A stretch of DNA of 64,000 bases from Eledone cirrhosa. Its lineage: Eukaryota. A model generated the notes under the pieces. That model saw nothing but the letters and a program-made list of their open reading frames with translations, was not told the origin of the DNA and ran no database searches. Numbering within the stretch: the first letter of the stretch is position 1; each line of letters starts with the position of its first letter. The DNA is taken from positions 20,336,001 through 20,400,000 of the forward strand of contig OZ024752.1 of the NCBI GenBank assembly GCA_964016885.1. Reading direction: 5' to 3'. Position numbers and translations under genes: made by a program. Shown here in pieces: positions 54,772 to 64,000 of the stretch.

Positions 54772-55105
54772 GCTTACCTTATTACTACTACAGTTAATAT
54801 ACTAGTTGTTTTATTGACAGAATACATAATATTCGGTTTCTTCGCCAAACATCACGTTTATCAGTATGTATGTACATGTGTATTTGGGTCTCATGCTTAA
54901 CAATCAGTTCGGCTTGTTTATGTTCCAAAACTGAGTGTGCCTTTCCAACTCTTTCTCCCTAAAAAAATCTACTTCCTCCTCAGACCAATATCATATTTAA
55001 ACACGTTGAGGTAATTCTGAAACGACGTGGCATTTATATGTTGTCATATATAATTCTCTACATACATTTGAGCTTTATATATATAGGTTTACCTTTCGTA
55101 CACAC

Positions 55106-55172
<67 letters not shown>

Positions 55173-56256
55173 ACGAAGGAAATGTGGTAAGGAACCAGAT
55201 GGACCATAACGCACCAAAGTACTCAATACTTAGGGTAGTAGAGTGGGTAATAGGAACAAGTATGACCCTGACGGCAGAGCTCAAGCCGTTTCGATGGCTA
55301 ATTCTGGACTATATATATATATATATCAGACAGACAGTCAACATCGTTGGCAGAGAAATGCTGGCTTCTGGCATGAATGAAAACATTTTACAATATTTAA
55401 AACATTTAATTCTCCCCCACCTACGTTTTTGTCTTACTTTTAATTGTGCTTCGTGAATTCTAAATTAAAATGTTAGAGCTTTTTTTGTCAAACGGATAAA
55501 TAAATTGCTGAACAATCATTATAATATAGATTGTTGAGAAAAGGGGAGAGAGAGGGAGTTGTTACAAAACACAGAATCACGTGTGTGTGTGTATATATAT
55601 ATATATGTGTGTGTGTGTATATGTGTATAATGCTATCAAAGGATGTATAACTGCTGCAGCATTATAGCTGACTGAGCAACCATGTCGTCTAACGTACTAA
55701 ACACATCAGCTGGTTGTTGGCAGTTATATTTACAAAAGTATGTACCTTAAAGCTACAATGAAAACATTTACATATCGATATATCCTACCGTCTATCTATA
55801 TTTGACACTATCACCCGACGTCACTATCTATTTATCTATCACTCCCTATCTTGTGTCTGATTTCTATATCTTAATATATTACATCTTACTCCGCCGACGT
55901 CAACTTTACCTTTCATCTTTCCATGGGGGTTGATAAAATACAGTACCGGTCAAGCACTGGGGGGGTTCGATATAAATAATCGACTTTCTCTTTCCCTAAA
56001 AAATTGTTGGCCTTGTGCCAAAATTAGAAATCATTAACTACAGCAAGTTTATAACGGATATTCGATTCAGGATTTCCGTGGCCAAAGTAGCGAATTCCAT
56101 TATTGTTCTGCTTACTCTTTCTTAAGTCTGTCACTCCTCACATCGCTTTATTAAAGACAATACATTATGTAGTTAATTACATTATTTTACATCAATATAG
56201 AAAAAAAAAGACCAAGTGATTTCGAGATATTAGAAGCGATTAATGATTTGACTTAC

Positions 56257-56734
56257 CCAAAAGTCCTACAATGACGGCATGACTCTTCAGCAGTAGTATG
56301 TTGTTGGTAACAGTTGAACACATTGTAGTCCACATACCAGTTTGTTGGTGCTGTGTAGTGGCTTGTATGCCAGTCCTGTTCTGCTTTGGCTGCTCCCACA
56401 CATAACTGCTCCATGGCGGTGGCACCTTGGAGCAGTAGAAACGGTATCCAGAACAATTACAACATGGTGGTGGTGGTTGTGAGAATGTTGTTGTTGCTGT
56501 TGTTGGTAATAATAATGGTAGTGTTGATGATGTTGATGATAATGACGATGATGATAATGATGGTGATGAAGTAGAGGTAGTGGACGTCTTGCTAAGTTCA
56601 GTAAGTCTTCCAGTCGTTACATCTCGATGATGATGTCGGCTGCACCACCTTGCTCCATCCGACAACGAAGACGTTTCCCCGTAATTTGGTAGATCTGGGT
56701 AATAATTGCCCTCCGGAATTCGACCAACCCCCAT
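56257..56734 (-). CDS. Candidate first coding exon of an unidentified host gene (Ser/Thr/Pro-rich, hydrophobic end)
   Basis: ATG-started open frame of 159 codons, MGVGRIPEG...HAVIVGLL, in CpG-retaining unique sequence. It ends at a G|gtaagt donor. Confidence 0.4.
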
Positions 56735-56906
56735 TGATCATAACGGTTTTATCACTATTCTTGGCCACTCATTGTATATGCATGTGTATTATATATATAT
56801 ATAGTGTCTCGACACTATAAAAAAAACTTGTTTCAGCACACCCAACAAAAATAAACAAGGAAGCAACAAGATTATGTGTGTTTATATATATATATGTGTG
56901 TGTGTT

Positions 56907-56965
<59 letters not shown>

Positions 56966-58070
56966 ATATATATATATATATATATGCGTGTGTGTGTATA
57001 ATTAGGCAAGGTATAAATAAATATATAATTTGCTTGCAGATAGTTTTAAAATGTTGGCCGCGATGTGGATGGCTTTATAATTATATATCAATAGAGCTTT
57101 TTATATGTATGTGTATATAAAGAGAGAATGGGGGGAGGTACGTATGTTAAAGATCCTGTTTATGGCGATATACTTGGTGTCGCTAGGTCAAGTGAGGTCA
57201 AGACTAGAGACGTTTGCCTATATATAATCTTGATAAATATATATTTAAATAACAATAACCAAACCAAGGTATAGGCGGGGTTGTTTTAATTGGGCTTGAT
57301 TTGTTTAAATGAAACAATTATTTGGGAAGACCAGCTCATATAAAATTAATAACGGTTTGTAGTATAAACAGTAATATAGCCTGCCTAAGTAAATATCAGA
57401 ATAATAGACTGCAGCTAGTGAAAGGTCTCAAACGAAGCTTTCATTGTTGATAGTAGTGGACAAAGTAGGTTGTTGAGCTTCTTCCTGGTGATATACCTGA
57501 GAATTTCAAGTTGTAGATCTCCTGAGCAACCTTATCTCACTATATAAACATGAAATTCACACTATGTTGGTACGTTGTCTCAAAAGGTATAAATCTTGGA
57601 AATCAGCGAGGCATCTAATAAGAAATACTTAATATTGTTGATGATGATGATATTACCGATCTCGTATCAATTTTTTCCCTAATAGTAGAATGATCCTGTG
57701 GGGTTTTACTGGAACTCTGATTATCCGTCAAAAGAAATTGACATCGGGAAAGCATTCAGAACTTCAATTTATATAGATATAAAGGTGATCTAGTAGCTAT
57801 AAACATTCTGTGAGTATATATATATATATAGCCTGTGGGGTGTAAAATAGAGCTTGTTATTTAAATAAAATTTAAAGGCGTGTGATGTGAATAAAATGTA
57901 TATGGGGTATATACAGTCCATGTAATGTGTATAAAAGCTTATATAAGGATCATGAAGTCCATATAGTGTGTATATAGACTTATCTGGTATATATAAAGTC
58001 CATGTAATTTGTATATAGGCTTGTGTGATGTTTATAAAACCTGAAAAGGATAATGTGTGTGTGTACTAAC

Positions 58071-58310
58071 CTTGCTGTATGTAACGATGTGTAGTATAGA
58101 TAGCAGATACTAGTTAAATGGTGTCCACTTTTGTAAAGGTCGGCTATTTACTAATGCACGGCTGTAGTTATCTCTTCCTATTTCGGTGCTTGTCACAGAC
58201 GAGGCGGACATTCGCAGCTGCTGTCCGTCTCAATGTATATGCAATATTTCCTTTTCAGCCATCATACAGCCATCACTTACACGTGACCGATGACAGCCAA
58301 TCGACGAAGT
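58071..58310 (-). promoter_or_regulatory. Candidate promoter and non-coding first exon
   Basis: CpG-retaining unique segment with CACGTG (about 58280) and CCAAT (about 58297). AAG|gttagt donor at 58070 on the minus strand. Confidence 0.3.
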
Positions 58311-59142
58311 GCAACTAACACTAGAGTGAGAGAAGGAGAGTTAATAGAGAGAAAGAAAGAGAGAAAATATAGAGAGTGAAAGAGAAAACAAGTAAAAGAG
58401 AGAGAGAGATGTAATAAGAAGTGCGAGAGAACGAAATGACAGAGTGAGAAACTTGAGTGTGAGAGTAGGGCTAAAGGAGAATTTGTGGCACAAATCCTGT
58501 CTGGCACTGCGAAAAAAGAAGAAAGAAAATAGTAAGGAGTATGGAGAAGATAAAGAAAGAAAGGTTTATTAAATACACAGAATAGAGTAGTAGATAATGT
58601 AAAGTACGAAAGAGAAATAGTGGGGTGGACACAGAAAGAGTAAGGAGAAAGAGTATAGAATAACAATATTAGTCGAGAAAGGCAAGGGAGACAACTCCAG
58701 AATTTTAATTAATTAAAATTAATTTAACAATTTCAAGACGATATTCCGAATGGATTACACTCTATTTCAATTAATTAATGTAGAATTCTGAGGTATTACT
58801 AAAATCATTACTTATTTCATCACTAAAATAGTAAATTAACATATGGTTCTTATGTAAAATTTGTCAAAAGATTCTAGTTTAAATACGAACAATTGAAAAT
58901 GGATGATTTTGTTTCAAAGAACTAGAGGGGGTTTTGGTTAGGTTGGTATTAAAAGGGTTAAACTAGAATGTAAGTCTGATCTTCACAGTCGGGTGACCAC
59001 TCCATGCATATTTAGGTCTTATTAAACCCCTTCAGCAAAGTCTTTATCAGTACTGCTAGACAAGTTGGTTTTGAGGGAGATACATAAGTTGTGAATGAAC
59101 TTTAAAGAGCATAAACTGAAATATATATATATACTGTATATA

Positions 59143-59400
59143 TATATTTGAAAAAAAAGAAAAGAATGACTTCACTTGTAGTGTTAAAACATTTTTTTAA
59201 TGATTTAATGTTATAATATAATATAATATTATGAGTTGGTAGATCTACCAACTCATAATATGGCCTTGTGCCAAAAGTAGAAACAATTATATTATAACAT
59301 TAAATCATTAAAAAAAATGTTTAATACTACAAGTGAAGTCATTCTTTTCCTTTTTTTCAAATATACCTAACTGTACCAAGGATCTCACACATTTTCCAAT
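59143..59400. repeat. Fold-back with nested 36-bp perfect palindrome and tail
   Basis: Arms at about 59143-59220 and 59288-59365. The centre is atattatgagttggtagatctaccaactcataatat followed by a SINE A tail fragment. Confidence 0.8.
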
Positions 59401-59430
59401 ATATATATATATATATCATATATATATATA

Positions 59431-60230
59431 TATGCAAAAGTTCTATTTAAAATTGTTGGGATAAAACAAGTAAATATTTTTATAACTGATATAAAGCACT
59501 CGACAAGTATTTGGAGTAGATATACGATATTAATAAATGGAAACTATATTTATAAAACCATATTTATTTCATTATACATATTTCAGGGATACCAAATTAA
59601 ATTATGGTATGCCTTCATCAGACAAAATACAATATATAACAGTTTTACAAATAAGCTTTCACGTACCGTATTAAAATGCAACCATTGTTTTTGGAAGTCA
59701 TCCGGATAGTGATTTTTTTATATTACTTTAATAAGTCATAGTGTTAAGGACAATTAGAAAAAGACGGAGAGAAAGAAAAAGACGGAGAGAAAGAAAAAAC
59801 GTGGAGAGAGAAAAATCGGAGAGAGAGAGATGCATGGAGAAGAAAAGAAAGAGATAAGTAAAGACAGGAGGAAAGGAAGAAAGAAGAAAAAAGGAAGAAA
59901 TAAGAAAAACAGAGGAAAGCAACAGAGATATTAAGTCAACAGACAGATAGAAAAACTCAAGAGAGAGAAATGTTATATAGAGAGAGAGGGAGATTATGAA
60001 AACTTTACGTCATGTCATGTTAAGTTGAGTTAACAATTCATATGAAATGAATAATAAAAATATAAATATTAATATTCATGAATGGGACATATATATATAA
60101 TATGAGAAATTAAACATTGTTTAATAATGACTATATGTTTAATTTAAATCTTGAGATCAATATACCAAAATTTGGGTTTAATCTCCAAAATGTCACATTG
60201 CTAGAGAAGTCAGTTCTCAGGCAAAGACAC

Positions 60231-60270
<40 letters not shown>

Positions 60271-60272
60271 GA

Positions 60273-60322
<50 letters not shown>

Positions 60323-60568
60323 GTATATATATATATATATATACACGTACGTCCTGAAAATAGAAATTATATTTACTCAAGTCAACAATATAGACATATA
60401 AAGCACAGACGATATCTCTTAATAACGAAATAAATATGGTTTTATAAATATAGTTTCCATTTGTTTAATATCGTAAACCTACTCCAGAAACTGTTGAGTG
60501 CTTTTATATCAGTTATAAAATATTTACTCGTTGTAACCCAACAATCTTAAATAAAACTTTTGCATATA
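59431..60568. mobile_element. Element bounded by ~145-bp inverted repeats, with hammerhead at 59566-59628 (minus)
   Basis: 59431-59575 is inverted relative to 60421-60568. Motif AUUUUGU-CUGAUGA-AGGcAUACCA..UGGUAUcCCU-GAAA-UAUGUAUA^-AUGAAAU. Confidence 0.75.
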
Positions 60569-60636
60569 TATATATATATATATATATATCAATATATGGT
60601 ATTGAGTACTCCTTTCTCTCAACCGTCAACCCCATA

Positions 60637-60752
<116 letters not shown>

Positions 60753-60841
60753 GTAGGAGGTGAGTTTTATTGTAGTACAATAAAGCAATGCAAATATCGG
60801 ATAAGAAGCACTCTACAATTTGTAGGACTAGAGTATACATA

Positions 60842-61157
60842 ATATATAAGATCAAAAGATGGTTAAAGGAGTTCAATGTATTTTATTATGCGCATTTCAA
60901 AAACAAACATCATCATGCATAATATTTGTGTTTTCATCAGATAAAACAGGAGGACATGATATGAAGGCTAAAAAACACTTGTGGATAGTGCAGTTTTAAA
61001 TCAACATATTTAAATCTGCACTATCCACAAGTGTTTTTTAGCCTTCATATCATGTCCTCCTGTTTCATCGAATGAAAACACAAATATTATTGCATGATGA
61101 TGTTTGTTTTTGAAATGCGCCAAATAAAATACATGCAACTCTTTTAACCATCTTTTG

Positions 61158-61168
<11 letters not shown>
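60842..61168. mobile_element. Fold-back element (~160-bp arms) with an intact hammerhead in the left arm (60881-60946, minus)
   Basis: UUUUAU-CUGAUGA-AAACACAAAUAU...AUGUUUGUUUUU-GAAA-UGCGCAUA^-AUAAAA, with palindromic stem III AUGCGCAU. The right-arm copy is mutated (CGAAUGA). Confidence 0.82.
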
Positions 61169-61210
<42 letters not shown>

Positions 61211-61216
<6 letters not shown>

Positions 61217-64000
61217 GGAAAAAATGAAGCGATATTTCATTTCCCACTGTTAGTACGGCTGTTACTTAAATATATGTATGTACACGTACATACATATATG
61301 TATACCGACGTACAGTAGTATGTATATATATATATACACATACATGCACACATATATATATGCACGTATGGATTCACCGAATATTTATTATAATGCTCGG
61401 TGTGTTTGTAAACAAACATCCCGTATTAAGCCGTAGTGTCTAGCAACCACCGTTGCTCGTTTGTTCAACACTGACAGAGGAACGCTGTACTAGTTTCAAG
61501 CTTGTTAGCTATCGTCAGCAACGTGTACCTTCCTGCCAGATTGTTGAACGTATATACTTACCGTATGCATATTAAGGGCTGAGTAGCCCAATTTGCATAT
61601 CGAGTGGGTTAATCGGCCGGGTGCACCGAAAACGATAAACGGAAAAAATGAAACGATATTTCATTTCCCACTGTTAGTACGGCTGTTACTTAAATATAAG
61701 TATGTACACGTACATACATATATGTATACCTACGTACAGTAGTATGTATATATATATATACATACATGCACACATATATATATGCACGTATGGATTCACC
61801 GAATATTTATTATAATGCTCGGTGTGTTTGTAAACAAACATCCCGTATTAAGCCGTAGTGTCTAGCAACCACCGTTGCTCGTTTGTTCACCACTGACAAA
61901 GGAACGCTGTACTAGTTTCAAGCTTGTTAGTTATCGTCAGCAACGTATACCTTCCTGCCAGATTGTTGAACGTATATACTTACCTTATGCATATTAACGG
62001 CTGAGCAGCCCAATTTGAATATCGAGTGGGTTAATCGGCCGGGTGCACCGAAAACGATAAACGGAAAAAATGAACCGATATTTCATTTCCCACTCTTATT
62101 ACGGCTGTTACTTAAATATAAGTATGTACACGTACATACATATATGTATACCGACGTACAGTAGTATGTATATATATATATACATACATGCACACATATA
62201 TATATATATATGCACGTATGGATTCACCGAATATTTATTATAATGCTCGGTGTGTTTGTAAACAAACATCCCGTATTAAGCCGTAGTGTCTAGCAACCAC
62301 CGTTGCTAGTTTGTTCAACACTGACAAAGGAACGCTGTACTAGTTTCAAGCTTGTTAGCTATCGTCAGCAACGTATACCTTCCTGCCAGATTGTTGAACG
62401 TATATACTTACCTTATGCATATTAACGGCTGAGTAGCCCAATTTGCATATCGAGTGGGTTAATCGGCCGGGTGCACCGAAAACGATAAACGGAATTTATG
62501 AAACGATATTTAATTTCCCACTCTTAGTACGGCTGTTACTTAAATATAAGTATGTACACGTACATACATATAGGTATACCGACGTACAGTAGTATGTACA
62601 TATATATATATACATACATGCACACATATATATATATGCACGTATGGATTCACCGAATATTTATTATAATGCTCGGTGTGTTTGTAAACAAACATCCCGT
62701 ATTAAGCCGTAGTGTCTAGCAACCAACCGTTGCTCGTTTGTTCAACACTGACAAAGGAACGCTGTACTAGTTTCAAGCTTGTTAGCTATCGTCAGCAACG
62801 TATACCTTCCTGCCAGATTGTTGAACGTACATACTTACCGTATGCATATTAACGGCTGAGTAGCCCAATTTGAATATCGAGTGGGTTAATCGGCCGGGTG
62901 CACCGAAAACGATAAACGGAAAAAATGAAACGATATTTCATTTCCCACTCTTATTACGGCTGTTACTTAAATATAAGTATGTACACGTACATACATATAT
63001 ATATACCGACGTACAGTAGTATGTATATATATATATATACATACATGCACACATATATATATATGCACGTATGGATTCACCGAATATTTATTATAATGCT
63101 CTGTGTGTTTGTAAACAAACATCCCGTATTAAGCCGTAGTGTCTAGCAACCACCGTTGCTCGTTTGTTCAACACTGACAAAGGAACGCTGTACTAGTTTC
63201 AAGATTGTTAGCTATCGTCAGCAACGTATACCTTCCTGCCAGATTGTTGAACGTATATACTTACCTTATGCATATTAACAGCTGAGTAGCCCAATTTGCA
63301 TATCAAGAGGGTTAATCGGCCGGGTGCACCGAAAACGATAAACGGAAAAAATGAAACGATATTTCATTTCCCACTCTTAGTACGGCTGTTACTTAAATAT
63401 AAGTATGTACACGTACATACATATTGTATACCGACGTACAGTAGTATGTATATATATACATACATGCACACATATATATATGCACGTATGGATTCACCGA
63501 ATTTTTATTATAATGCTCGAGTGGGTTAATCGGCCGGGTGCACCGAAAACGATAAACGGAGAAAATGAAACGAAATTTCATTTCCCATTCTTGGTACGGC
63601 TGTTACTTAAATACAAGTATGTACACGCACATACATATATGTATACAGACGTGCAGTAGTATGTATATATATATACATACATGCACACATATATATATGC
63701 ACGTATGGATTCACCGAACATTTATTATAATGCTCGGTGTGTTTGTAAACAAACATCCCGTATTAAGCCGTAGTGTCTAGCAACCATCGTTGCTCGTTTG
63801 TTCAACACTGACAAAGGAACGCTGTACTAGTTTCAAGCTTATTAGCTATCGTCAGCAACGTATACCTTCCTGCCAGATTGTTGAACATATATACTTACCT
63901 TATGCATATTAACGGCTGAGCAGCCCAATTTGCATATCGAGTGGGTTAATCGGCCGGGTGCACCGAAAACGATAAACGGAAAAAATGAAACGAAATTTCA
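61211..64000 (-). mobile_element. Tandem array of ~424-bp hammerhead-containing units (non-LTR retrozyme-like); continues beyond the window
   Basis: Units start at 61211, 61635, 62057, 62485, 62912, 63338 (deleted, 214 bp), 63552 and 63972. Each full unit has one minus-strand hammerhead and many hairpins. Confidence 0.9.
61483..61523 (-). ncRNA. Type I hammerhead ribozyme of the repeat unit (also at 61905-61945, 62333-62373, 62760-62800, 63186-63226, 63820-63860)
   Basis: CGUUG-CUGACGA-u-AGCU aaca AGCU-u-GAAA-CUAGUA^-CAGCG. Intact core and palindromic stem III ACUAGU; stem I extends past a bulge (AGGAA/UUCCU). Confidence 0.85.

Noticed and set aside
55262-55308. GAAAC-GGC..GCC-GUC half hammerhead (also gaaaccggta near 53990)
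   Set aside because: Only the 3' half is present and the CUGANGA half is truncated, so it is not called as a ribozyme.

Overview
Very AT-rich, repeat-dominated animal DNA. The mix of long (TA)n tracts, RTE LINEs with (GAT)n tails, two tRNA-derived SINE families and TTAA MITEs suggests an octopus or other coleoid cephalopod (inference from repeat content). No host protein-coding gene can be called with confidence; there are only scattered candidate minus-strand exons and a candidate promoter near 58.2 kb. Most ORF-track entries are artefacts of micro- and minisatellites. Recognisable elements: a Penelope-like (probably Naiad-type) reverse transcriptase at the left edge, a near-complete RTE LINE plus truncated copies, a full-length Hsmar2-like mariner, decayed DNA transposases, hAT, piggyBac-type and Tc1-type MITEs, SINEs and five large minisatellites. 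The most striking unannotated signal is a dense population of type I hammerhead ribozyme motifs. These include a young ~424-bp head-to-tail array (61211 to the window end) with one hammerhead per highly structured unit, typical of a circRNA-producing non-LTR retrozyme. They also include several fold-back (inverted repeat plus tail) insertions in (TA)n tracts that carry hammerheads, some with extended or branched stem II. All ribozyme calls come from manual motif and base-pair reading; none has been tested for cleavage.
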